Shown: positions 1-8,828 of the stretch, piece after piece | Position numbering within the stretch: position 1 is the stretch's first letter | Layout: every line of letters starts with the position of its first letter | Assembly (NCBI GenBank): GCA_947478005.1 | Contig: CANJVG010000002.1 | Span: forward strand, 5,463 to 69,462 | Direction of reading: 5' to 3' | From: Bacteroidota bacterium | GTDB lineage: Bacteria; Bacteroidota; Bacteroidia; Chitinophagales; LD1 | DNA length: 64,000 nt | The notes under the pieces: generated by a model | Databases searched by the model: none | Told to the model about the DNA's origin: nothing | The model's input: the letters and a program-made list of their open reading frames with translations, nothing else | Program-made: the position numbers and the translations under genes

Positions 1-1724
1 ACAATGTGAAAAACATGTTTTCCTCTCCCGATGAATTTGCGTTGGCGTTAAAATATGCGGGTATTAATGTCCTCATGCACGCCAATATTCACACAGCGAA
101 TATCAGCAAAGCTATGTTGAAGCGTACTCGCGATTTGGTGAATGTTTACGATATGTATCATACCGGAGCATTCACTGATAATATGCAGCGCAATGGCAAT
201 TATCCACTCATTATTAATCAGAAAGGCTTTCGCATTGCTATTATCAACTATACCCGAATTACTAATAGGCCTTCTATTTCGCGGGACTTTGTGGTTAACG
301 AAATTGATAAGAGTGTCATGGAAAGAGATATGCGCATGGCGCAAATTCAGAAACCGGATTTCATTATAGCCTATTTTGATTGGGGTGCTAATAATCAGGA
401 TGCTCCCAACTATATGCAAATGGATATTGTGCAATATGCGTTTCAGCTTGGTGCTAATTTTGTTGTAGGCACCAATCCAAACACGCCAATGCGAATTGAC
501 TATGTAAACTATAGTCGTAACGGGATAATGAAACAGGGAATTGTGGCGTATTCGCTCGGAAATTTAGTTGCTAGTAATGATGAGGTTCAAAATCGCAGGG
601 GTTATGTGATAGATTTAGAGCTCAAGAAGAATAATTACACTAGCGAAACGGATATAAATGATTGGGGGGCTATTCCTGTTTACACCTACTATGATACTAC
701 ATCTACACATGGTTCAACCAAAATTTTTTCGGTGCCTTGCGCCAACGTTGAAAGCGGAGATATCTTCCCTAAAATTCCATATATCGAAAAGCGAAGAGCC
801 GTAAATTGCGCCTACGAGGTTCGCAAACTACTTGGAGCAACTGCGGATGAAATTCAATATAACCTCACCGAATTAGCAGTGAACAATGTGCAGGAAACCA
901 TTGATCTTACAAGCGCTTCGCTCAATAATAAATTTAGTCAAAAGCGGGCAAGCGAAATTGAACCGACAGATGCGCCTGTGCTTCCAATTACCGCGATTGG
1001 ATCTAACAACCCACCTTCATTAGCCGTGTTGTATGATGAGCAGCCTAACGTTGATCCACAAAGCGAAAAAACTATGTCGAAATCTAAAACCAGCGGGCAG
1101 GAAACACTTTTAACTACAGCTCAAAAAGTAGAGCCGACAGATCTCAACAGAGCTCCAAACCATTATCCCCAATCAGACGATAGTGCTTCACGGAATAAAA
1201 GTGTTGCTTGCGAAAACAAAGTCGATGGAATTGGCAATAACAATATAGGTAAAGACATATCAACAAAAGGAAGTAGTTCAACTGAACGGTCAGTTAATAA
1301 AACTTCATCACAGACAAATATTTCCACTAAGAAAGAGGAAGGTAAAAGACCAGAGCAGAAAGAAAGAGAAAGGGAAACAGCAATTGAGATTAACCATAAA
1401 ACAGAAGTAGAGGCAGCTAAATCGAATAAATCCGAAACCGGTTCAGAATTACAAAAAGTAATTGGTGTAAATTCACAAGTAGTATTTGACACCATCTATC
1501 GAATTCAGTTTTATGCACTCAAAAAATTCATCCCGCTGGATACAAATTACTATACACATTTAAAGGGGTATGAAGTAATGGAAGAAGCCGGTCTTTTTAA
1601 ATACCTTTTAGGGAGTTTTAAAACTAAACAGGAGTGTGACCTATATTGGAAAACACAAATTCAGCCAAGATATAAGCAGAGTTTCGTTATAAAATATACG
1701 GGAAATAAACGGCTGCCCGAATGA
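1..1724 (+). CDS. CapA/PGA_cap-like protein with low-complexity linker and C-terminal SPOR-like domain (5' partial)
   Basis: The frame is open to the window edge. The N-terminal ~250 aa carry CapA-type motifs (FDWGANN, QLGANFVVGTNPN, AYSLGNLVA). Residues ~300-480 are an S/T/K/E/N-rich linker. The last ~70 aa (YRIQFYALKKF...LLGSFKTKQECD) resemble a SPOR fold. The TGA stop overlaps the coaX ATG. Confidence 0.55.
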   Translation, partial: NVKNMFSSPDEFALALKYAGINVLMHANIHTANISKAMLKRTRDLVNVYDMYHTGAFTDNMQRNGNYPLIINQKGFRIAIINYTRITNRPSISRDFVVNEIDKSVMERDMRMAQIQKPDFIIAYFDWGANNQDAPNYMQMDIVQYAFQLGANFVVGTNPNTPMRIDYVNYSRNGIMKQGIVAYSLGNLVASNDEVQNRRGYVIDLELKKNNYTSETDINDWGAIPVYTYYDTTSTHGSTKIFSVPCANVESGDIFPKIPYIEKRRAVNCAYEVRKLLGATADEIQYNLTELAVNNVQETIDLTSASLNNKFSQKRASEIEPTDAPVLPITAIGSNNPPSLAVLYDEQPNVDPQSEKTMSKSKTSGQETLLTTAQKVEPTDLNRAPNHYPQSDDSASRNKSVACENKVDGIGNNNIGKDISTKGSSSTERSVNKTSSQTNISTKKEEGKRPEQKERERETAIEINHKTEVEAAKSNKSETGSELQKVIGVNSQVVFDTIYRIQFYALKKFIPLDTNYYTHLKGYEVMEEAGLFKYLLGSFKTKQECDLYWKTQIQPRYKQSFVIKYTGNKRLPE

Positions 1725-2440
1725 ATTTAGCTGTTGACATAGGAAACACACAAGTGAAATTCGGCATTTTTGAAAATGATGAATTAAAAGAGGTGTTTAG
1801 TCAAGAGGAATCAATCGAACAGATTCTTAGCATTTTCAAAATTGAAAACGCCATTATTTCCAAAACAGGTTCAAGTAACATAATAGGACAGAAACTCGAT
1901 CAGAGAAAAGAAGTCAAAACTCTTCTTCTTTCATCGGAACTAAAATTGCCCATACGTATTTTATACGAAACACCTCAAGCACTTGGCGCAGATAGAATTG
2001 CGGGATGTGTTGCCGCAAACTTTCTATTTCCCGGGAAAAACGTTTTGAAAATTGATTTTGGAACCTGCATTACTTACGATTTTGTAAACGATAAAGGGGA
2101 ATATTACGGAGGAGCCATCTCTCCAGGTATGATGATGCGCTTTAAGGCATTGCACAATTACACTGCTAAACTTCCACTTATTGATCCGAAGGAATTCGAG
2201 AAGTTTGAATTAACTGGTGTAGATACGTCCACTTCTATTTTAAGTGGAGTAATGAACGGAATAAAAGAAGAGGTGGACGGTATTATAAAAGAATACAACC
2301 AGCGTTTTGAGAACCTTAATGTAGTGGCTACCGGAGGTGATACAGGTTTATTTGTTGCTCTCCTCAAAAGTGAGATATTTACCCGCCCTTATTTAGTCCT
2401 CGAAGGGTTAAACCGCATTTTGAATTATAATCTTCCATGA
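1721..2440 (+). CDS. coaX: type III pantothenate kinase
   Basis: 239 aa. N-terminus MNLAVDIGNTQVKFGIF, plus GADR and ATGGD motifs typical of CoaX. ATGA overlap with the upstream gene. Confidence 0.9.
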   Translation: MNLAVDIGNTQVKFGIFENDELKEVFSQEESIEQILSIFKIENAIISKTGSSNIIGQKLDQRKEVKTLLLSSELKLPIRILYETPQALGADRIAGCVAANFLFPGKNVLKIDFGTCITYDFVNDKGEYYGGAISPGMMMRFKALHNYTAKLPLIDPKEFEKFELTGVDTSTSILSGVMNGIKEEVDGIIKEYNQRFENLNVVATGGDTGLFVALLKSEIFTRPYLVLEGLNRILNYNLP

Positions 2441-3795
2441 AAAGAACGGCAGTCAGTAGTTACAGGTTACACTTTGTGGATTTGATTTTTGACTTTTCGG
2501 GTTTCCGAACTCTCTCATTTCTTCTCTTAGTTTTAATTGTAAATCATCAATCAATCTTTGCGCAAGCATCTTCACCTTATTCTCGCTACGGATTAGGGTA
2601 TGTTAGATCAACGGTCTTTTCTGCCAACAAAGGGATGGGTGAGTTAGCTGCTCCATATTACAGCGCAACAAATATCAACTATACGAACCCTGCCTCTTAC
2701 GCATCTCTTACCAGAACTACTGTTGAGATAGGAGCCAACTTCGATGGGGTAAGTATTATTAAGGACTCTACTTACAAAGCTTCAACCGGCTCTATTAGCC
2801 ATTTTGCTATAGCGTTTGTTCCTAACCCTAAAAAAAACAATTACGCTATCAGCATTGGGCTTTTGCCTTACACCAACATCAACTATACCTTCATACAGAA
2901 TTTCAATGACTCTTCCATTGGTGCTCATCGCGAAATATTCAGCGGCACTGGTTCTCTTTATCAGGTTTATGCAGGAGGGGCTTATAAGGTTAAGGGCTTT
3001 TCCGTAGGTGCGAACCTTGGATTTCTTTTTGGGAAACTTGACTATCAAAAAACAATTGCCTTTCCTGATTCTATAGGCGCTTACGGCACGCGAAATATCA
3101 CTACTCTGAACGTGAAAAGTTTTATGTATAACGTAGGTGTGCAATATCAGTATCGTATTTTTCATAACGATGATGATCCGGATACGCGTAGCGACATCTT
3201 TGCAACTGTGGGGCTTTATGGCTCTGGCGGAATAAAAATGAATGCGAAACTTTCAAACTCTTGGGAGCGGTACGAATACAATCCGACTTACGGCTTAATC
3301 CCTGTAGACACGGCACAGGCGACTTATAATCAAAAGACAAAAATTAATTTGCCCTTTAATCTTGGTGCAGGGGTTATGTTTGGGAACGAACGTTTTTGGA
3401 TGATTGGAACAGACTTTAAATTTATGAATTGGAAGAGCTTCACTTCTCCCCTTAACAATGCGGGATTGAATGATAGTTGGAGACTTTCGTTCGGATTCCA
3501 GATTACCCCGAAGTATGATGAATTGGATAAGAAAAAGTATCTCAGTCGTGTGCAGTATCGCTTTGGTGGTTATTATGGAAAGAGCGAGGTTAATATAGAT
3601 GGTAAGGCGCTTGAGCAAGCTGGTGGAACTATTGGTTTGGGATTTCCCTTTAAATCATTGGGTAGGTTAAATATCACCGGTGATTTTGGAACACGCGGAG
3701 GAAACATAGCGGGTGGTTTTCGGGAGACTTATTATAAAATCACTTTCGGTTTTGTGCTGAACGATATCTGGTTTATCAAACGAAAATTTGATTAA
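2437..3795 (+). CDS. putative outer-membrane beta-barrel protein
   Basis: 452 aa with ATGA overlap with coaX. Signal-like N-terminus ending IFAQA. Aromatic- and Gly-rich, alternating-strand-like sequence with a C-terminal ...ITFGFVLNDIWFIKRKFD. Sits between coaX and lptC. No specific family recognised. Confidence 0.5.
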   Translation: MKRTAVSSYRLHFVDLIFDFSGFRTLSFLLLVLIVNHQSIFAQASSPYSRYGLGYVRSTVFSANKGMGELAAPYYSATNINYTNPASYASLTRTTVEIGANFDGVSIIKDSTYKASTGSISHFAIAFVPNPKKNNYAISIGLLPYTNINYTFIQNFNDSSIGAHREIFSGTGSLYQVYAGGAYKVKGFSVGANLGFLFGKLDYQKTIAFPDSIGAYGTRNITTLNVKSFMYNVGVQYQYRIFHNDDDPDTRSDIFATVGLYGSGGIKMNAKLSNSWERYEYNPTYGLIPVDTAQATYNQKTKINLPFNLGAGVMFGNERFWMIGTDFKFMNWKSFTSPLNNAGLNDSWRLSFGFQITPKYDELDKKKYLSRVQYRFGGYYGKSEVNIDGKALEQAGGTIGLGFPFKSLGRLNITGDFGTRGGNIAGGFRETYYKITFGFVLNDIWFIKRKFD

Positions 3796-3797
3796 GT

Positions 3798-4424
3798 ATG
3801 AAATACAAAGTGCAAGGCACTAAGTATGACCTACCAAACCATTCGTCCTTTAATTTCCAGGTCAATTTTCCCCCGACTTTTCCCGCACCTATTTACTTAC
3901 TTCTACTCTGCACTTTCAGTCTTTCTTCGTGTAAAAATTCACTCGAAGAAGCAAGGCTCGTTACCTCTCGTGCAAATGTAAATATTGAAAAAGGCAAGGA
4001 TGTTCAGATAAACTATTCCGATGATGGAGTGGTTCGCATTCAGGCAAGTGGGCATACTGTAACTCGTTACAATACCAGCAAGCCCTATCTCGAATTTTCA
4101 GATGGCATGAAGCTTTTGTTTTTTAATACAGAACATAAGGTGGAGAGCACCCTCACAGCAAAATATGCTACGGCCATAGAAAATAGTCATTCCATGACTG
4201 CGCGTGATAGTGTGGTGGTGATAAACAATAAAGGTGAATTGCTAAACACCGATGAATTAATTTGGGATGAAGACAAAAAAATAATCTACTCCAATTCATT
4301 TGTAAAAATTTCAACGGCTGATGAAATTATTTATGGCAACGGAATGACCGCCAACGAAAACTTTACGGATTATACGATTAAGCACATCACCGGAAAAATA
4401 AAGGTCAAGACAAGCGAACTATAA
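3798..4424 (+). CDS. lptC: LptC-like LPS export periplasmic protein (lipoprotein signal)
   Basis: 208 aa with a lipobox-like LLLCTFSLSSC. OstA/LptC-like pattern: INYSDDGVVRIQA...LEFSDGMKLLFFN...LTAKYA...ARDSVVVINNKGELLNTDELIWDE...GNGMTANENFTDYTI. Confidence 0.65.
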   Translation: MKYKVQGTKYDLPNHSSFNFQVNFPPTFPAPIYLLLLCTFSLSSCKNSLEEARLVTSRANVNIEKGKDVQINYSDDGVVRIQASGHTVTRYNTSKPYLEFSDGMKLLFFNTEHKVESTLTAKYATAIENSHSMTARDSVVVINNKGELLNTDELIWDEDKKIIYSNSFVKISTADEIIYGNGMTANENFTDYTIKHITGKIKVKTSEL

Positions 4425-4436
4425 TAAATTCGTGGT

Positions 4437-4667
4437 ATGAAAATCCTTCAATACTTTGAAAAGGCCTGGATAGGTGCAGCGATTGCTTCGCTTATTGTGG
4501 CGGTCTATAACCTCATTACACTTCGGGAAATAAGTAACCGTGTTTACTTCCCTTTTTTCTGTGCCGGCTTCTGCATACTGATTTGGTTCAACATTCGGGG
4601 GCAAAGAAGATTCAGAGAAAAAATGTTTGGCGACCCAACAGACGAAAAGACAAACGACAAGAAATAA
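4437..4667 (+). CDS. small two-TM membrane protein (hypothetical)
   Basis: 76-aa ORF with two hydrophobic segments and a basic C-terminal tail. No family recognised. Confidence 0.35.
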   Translation: MKILQYFEKAWIGAAIASLIVAVYNLITLREISNRVYFPFFCAGFCILIWFNIRGQRRFREKMFGDPTDEKTNDKK

Positions 4668-4816
4668 TGGTTACGGAAGTTTGCGGAACAAAATGGGAGC
4701 GCATTTGCGTGGATGTATTTGACGGGCTGTTTGTTTGTCAGGCGATATGAATTTGCGTGCGTTTTTTATTTTTAGGTTGCTAAAGAAAACCCTAAGAGGA
4801 CTTAAAAACAAACAAC

Positions 4817-5743
4817 ATGAAAAAAAAATATCTACTATTAACTCTGCTACTTGCTCTTAATTTTCAAAAGGCAGCACAAGCCCAAACAGTAACCGATATA
4901 GACGGCAATGTTTATAATACCGTTACTATTGGTCCTCAAGTATGGATGCAGGAAAATTTGAAAACCTCCCGCTACCAAGATGGCTCTGCAATAGGTGAAG
5001 TAGAAGATAGCATTAGCTGGGCAAATATATATAATACAAATTCAACAACGCCTGCATGGTGTTATTATGGAAGTGATGCAGCAAACAATGCTACTTATGG
5101 CAAACTCTACAATTGGTATGCGGCAAATGACCCACGCAATGTATGCCCCGCTGGCTGGCATTTGCCTACCGGTTCAGACATCTGACTATTGTCGCTCTAT
5201 TTAGGAGGTGATGCAGTATCCGGCTCTAAATTGAAAGCTACAGTCCTATGGAGTTCTGCTGATTTAAGTGATAATTCTTCCGGTTTCACGGCATTACCAG
5301 GAGGCTTTCGCGCCACTACTGGACTATTCCTCTATATTGGGGATGGAGGATATTTTTGGGACGATTTTGTGTATAATAATGACGGGCAGGGGTTTCGGTT
5401 GGCTTCTGTTATCCAAGAGATACTGCGCGGCTCTGGTGATGATAAAAGGGCTGGGTGGTCCGTGCGTTGTATAGCGGACCCTGTAAATTCTTTACCGAAT
5501 GAGAATATTTTAGATATGCCTATTCAGATATTTCCTAATCCAACCGCAAATAAATTATTTATTGAAACCAATGGCTTGTCAGTAATTCAAGTAAACATTT
5601 ACAATGCCGTAGGCTATTTAGTAAGCCAAAGCAACGAACTCCAAAGAAAAAATATAGATATAAGTCAACTAGCTATGGGAGTTTATATAGCTGAGATAAA
5701 AACCAAACAAGTTAGCGTGAAAAGAAGATGGGTAAAGATGTAA
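4817..5743 (+). pseudogene. FISUMP-domain (TIGR02145-like) T9SS cargo gene interrupted by an in-frame TGA at 5183-5185
   Basis: ORFs 4817..5185 and 5189..5743 share one frame and are separated only by TGA. Together they read a signal peptide, then DGNVYNTVTIG.QVWM.ENL, YGKLYNWYA, GWHLPTGSDI*LLSLYLGG, GFTALPGG.R, GWSVRC. The C-terminus IFPNPTANKLFIE...GVYIAEIKT is a type A Por sorting domain. Confidence 0.75.
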
Positions 5744-5754
5744 GGCATAAATTA

Positions 5755-5786
5755 AAAGAGGCTAATGTATTTCAATTAGCCTCTTT
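5755..5786 (+). terminator. hairpin after the FISUMP gene
   Basis: aaagaggctaat-gtatttca-attagcctcttt forms a 12-bp perfect stem, 12 nt after the stop. The downstream T-run is weak. Confidence 0.5.
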
Positions 5787-6289
5787 ACTTTACTACAACC
5801 GAATTATCTGATGTTAAAGTTTATCAGATAGTTTCCTTAACAGGAAGATTAATTCCCACATAAGGACAATTGTTAGAATTTTCATTAATTGATTAAGTTT
5901 TAGGTTACAAAATATCACCTACAGTCTTTATCAGCAGCTTTAACATTATCTGATTAACTATCTTTAGCGGTAGCGTCAGTATCAGTACCTTAATCAGCAT
6001 CAACTTTATCAAAATAAAACTGTATGCGTGAAGATAATTTATGGTTTGTTATTTGCAAGTATTAATTGAAATAAAAACAGACAGCTGATGCAGCGTGATT
6101 GATTTTTGCTTCTTGTTTCTACAAACAGATTGCTCCCATGTTTCCTTGTATTTTGTGTTCGGCTGTTGGCTGTTTGCGCGACAGCGCAAAATAAAAAGGA
6201 TGATTGTTTTTAAAAAGAATTGACAAGAATCTTACTTCTCTCCCATACTCCTTTTCCTCATTTTTTCTTCAATCCTGTGTCTTCAAGAA

Positions 6290-6497
6290 GTAATCTCATC
6301 CCTTTGAAAATCATTCTCATTCATTTGAGAAACAATCTCACGGCTGTGAGAAATTCTACACGGGTGCGAGAAAGTATCTCAACCCTTTGAAAATGCTTCT
6401 CGTTCGTGTGAGAATACATCTCGTTTCGGGGAGAATGAATCTCACAGCTGTGAGAAATTGTGCACAGCGATGAGATTGAATCTCAAACCTTTGAGAA
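6290..6497. repeat. array 1: ten head-to-tail ~21-bp units, each with the dyad TCTCA-N5-TGAGA
   Basis: Eight units are 21 bp and two are 20 bp, for example acaATCTCAcggctGTGAGAA, tgaATCTCAcagctGTGAGAA and tgaATCTCAaacctTTGAGAA. The array lies 219 bp 5' of the + strand orphan gene at 6716. Confidence 0.85.
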
Positions 6498-6664
6498 TAG
6501 AAATGGACTGCACAGGATTGCAAAATAAATCGAGCATTTCGAATGAAAAATGGCCATTTAGCCAAAATTCATTCATTTATTAGCCTTTTGAAGCTATGAG
6601 ATTCTTTCTCAACTGTGGAAAAAATGTGGTTTTTCTGTGGAAAATTTCAAAAAACCAAGCCATT

Positions 6665-6672
6665 TAAATTTG
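6665..6672 (+). promoter_or_regulatory. candidate Bacteroidota -7 promoter box (TAnnTTTG)
   Basis: TAAATTTG lies 44 bp upstream of the ATG at 6716. This is a motif match only. Confidence 0.2.
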
Positions 6673-6715
6673 GATTTCTTGATTTTAATTTGCCACTAAA
6701 TCAAAACCAAATAAC

Positions 6716-7420
6716 ATGAAACTATCACAAAAACTTGCCGATTACAACGTAGAAGTAAACGAATTAGTTCCCTACATCAACGTGCCCGCTAATGCTACCC
6801 GTTTAAAACTGGATGCTTCGACACTTACCCAATCAACCAATTTGCTGAACGACTGGAATACGAACTGGGGCCTGTATTCCAATATTGCTACCCATACGCC
6901 TCAAACTGTTATTGACATTAATGCTACTTATCACGATTTTCATCTTTTTACAGGAGGTTTGAAAACTATGCTGAAGGGCAATAAACTGGTTGAGTTAACG
7001 GGGCCGGACATTGCCAATATTCATATTCATGTGAATCAGGCTCACCGAACGCATATTCCGCGTCCGAATTTTGCACCGGCCAATCAGCTTATTAAATCAA
7101 CTCATTTGGTTAACCGGATATTCACGAGCAATCCGCAGCCTTCTTTTGAAAACGATACTAAACTGCCGGAAGATGTGCAGAAGGTGGGAAGAAAAATTGC
7201 GGTGATGTTTCCAAACCCCGGCCCTATTCCGGGTGGTGGCCCTCAGCCCACTCCTAATCCTGAACAATATCTGCACCTTGAAAATATTGGCAGCACTACT
7301 TTTGATTTGGTGTTTGCACCTGAACAAGAAGGGGCGATTGGCTATTTAATCACTTAGTATATTAATCCTCGCGGAGAGGCAGGCCCTCCAAGCGTGCCTT
7401 ATGCTTTCAAGATTATTTAA
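6716..7420 (+). pseudogene. orphan family-A hypothetical protein with an in-frame TAG at 7355-7357 (paralog of 52305..53024)
   Basis: The 213-aa ORF continues in frame after TAG for 20 more codons (YINPRGEAGPPSVPYAFKII*). That tail aligns with the paralog's C-terminus WYNTKHPELAGPWTDIIIVVIA. A hairpin terminator follows the extended end, not the TAG. Confidence 0.6.
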
Positions 7421-7461
7421 GAGAAGAAGACGAGAGACACAAGACGTTAGACGTTAGACAA

Positions 7462-7494
7462 AACAAAAAGCCCCTCACGGGGCTTTTTGTTTTT
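7462..7494. terminator. bidirectional rho-independent terminator
   Basis: aaacaaaaAGCCCCtcacGGGGCTttttgttttt has A- and T-runs on both sides. It sits between convergent genes (6716 family-A gene on +, queA on -). Confidence 0.7.
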
Positions 7495-7527
7495 GAAATA
7501 ACATCCAGGTTCCATACCTACATCACC

Positions 7528-8763
7528 TCACCGCGTTGCGAAAAGCAAACTTCCATCTCCATAGCTGAGAAAACGAAAATCATTTTCTAAAGCATGCTGA
7601 TAAATTTCTTTCCAACCTTCGCCAACAACAGCGGCTACTAACAGAAGCAAGGTTGAATTAGGTTGATGAAAATTAGTCACAAGCGCGGTCGCAATTTTTA
7701 ATCGATAAGAAGGAGCAATCATTATTTGCGTTTTGCAAATCAATCTTTCTGTTTCATTGTTTTTCATCCAAAGGATTAACGCACCCAAAGCATCCTCAGC
7801 CTTTATCTCCTCCCGAATCGACAAAGGTAGCTCGTAAGCATCCCATTGTCTTACTTCCAATTCCTTTAGTTGAGACTTTGGTGATAGCTTTGCTTTCACA
7901 CCCATCCAGTAAAGCGATTCGATGGTTCGGAGTGAGGTAGTGCCTACAGAAACGATACTCCTCTCATTATCAGAAATTGCTTTCGCAAGGCGTTCAATAG
8001 TTTCTATTCGCACATCCATCAATTCTTCGTGCATCTCATGTTCCTCCATTGTTTCACTCTTCACCGGTTTAAAGGTGCCGGCACCCACATGAAGAGTTAC
8101 TTCGTCAACTGAAATATTTTTTGCTTTCAGTTTCTTGAAAATAGTTTCGGTAAAATGTAACCCGGCAGTCGGTGCTGCTACCGAGCCTTTATGTTTGGCA
8201 TAAACAGTTTGATAACGGGTCGAGTCGAGTTCCTCACTTTCTCTTTTTAAATAGGGAGGAATTGGAATCATTCCGGTCTGCTCAAGAATCTGTGCAAACG
8301 AAAATTCTTCGGGCTGCCAGACAAATTCTATTACAAAAGTATCGTTGGCCCGTTCGATAATTTCTGCGGTTAACCGGAAGTCCTTTGTCCGATGTTCAAG
8401 AATTTTCTCTTTCCACTTTTTAGCTCCGCCTACGAGGCAATTCCAACGCACCGATTTCTTACGACTCATCACCGAACTCATTTCAGGATTTTCTTCAGCG
8501 GGCTCCAAACAGAAGATTTCAATTTTCGCTCCAGTCGAGTTTCGAAAGAACAATCTCGCCTGAATTACTTTGGTGTTATTAAAGACTAGCAGCGAGTTAT
8601 GGGGGATGTGCTCGCTTATATTTCTGTAAATATCTTCGGAAATTTTCCCATCTCGATAAATCAACAACTTGCTCAAATCGCGTTCCGCTAACGGATACTT
8701 TGCAATTCTGTCGTCCGGTAAATCGTAAATAAAATCCTTGATTCTAATTTGGCGGGGATGCAT
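7528..8763 (-). CDS. queA: S-adenosylmethionine:tRNA ribosyltransferase-isomerase
   Basis: 411 aa. N-terminus ...IKDFIYDLPDDRIAKYPLAERDLSKLLIY, then VAAPTAGLHFT, GAGTFKPV, VGTTSLRT and FRFLSYGD, all typical of QueA. Confidence 0.9.
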   Translation of the reverse strand: MHPRQIRIKDFIYDLPDDRIAKYPLAERDLSKLLIYRDGKISEDIYRNISEHIPHNSLLVFNNTKVIQARLFFRNSTGAKIEIFCLEPAEENPEMSSVMSRKKSVRWNCLVGGAKKWKEKILEHRTKDFRLTAEIIERANDTFVIEFVWQPEEFSFAQILEQTGMIPIPPYLKRESEELDSTRYQTVYAKHKGSVAAPTAGLHFTETIFKKLKAKNISVDEVTLHVGAGTFKPVKSETMEEHEMHEELMDVRIETIERLAKAISDNERSIVSVGTTSLRTIESLYWMGVKAKLSPKSQLKELEVRQWDAYELPLSIREEIKAEDALGALILWMKNNETERLICKTQIMIAPSYRLKIATALVTNFHQPNSTLLLLVAAVVGEGWKEIYQHALENDFRFLSYGDGSLLFATR

Positions 8764-8797
8764 GGCAAATACAGAGGGCGCAGATTTTCATGAAATA

Positions 8798-8823
8798 AGA
8801 AGCCCCGAAATTTCGGGGCTTCT
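8798..8823 (-). terminator. hairpin terminator after 8829..10178
   Basis: aagccccgaaa/tttcggggctt is an 11-bp perfect palindromic stem. On the minus strand it is followed by cttattt. Confidence 0.5.
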
Positions 8824-8828
8824 TATTT

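Noticed and set aside
5183-5185. Selenocysteine or a TGA=Trp genetic code as the explanation for the in-frame TGA
   Set aside because: The aligned family residue is Trp, not Cys/Sec. No SECIS-like hairpin is obvious downstream. TGA terminates clear housekeeping genes here (the CapA-like gene and coaX), so the standard code 11 applies.
5800-6020. Scattered ATCAG/TATCAG motifs and the small inverted repeat TTATCTGAT-N8-TTATCAGATA
   Set aside because: The spacing is irregular (12-34 bp) and there is no periodicity or conserved flank. This is insufficient to call a site cluster.
6290-6497. The 21-bp arrays (this one and those at 18040, 42527 and 53078) considered as CRISPR arrays
   Set aside because: The units are contiguous with no unique spacers, are only 21 bp long and degenerate, and no cas genes are present in the window.
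6356-6565. 69-aa minus-strand ORF across array 1
   Set aside because: Its sequence is just the periodic translation of the repeat (…LTAVRFILPETRCILTRTRSIF…). It lies antisense to the downstream gene and has no plausible start context. It is a repeat artefact.
7421-7461. Purine-rich stretch with tandem gacgttagacgttagac after the family-A gene
   Set aside because: Only about two copies of an 8-mer are present, directly before a terminator. This is too short to call a repeat element.
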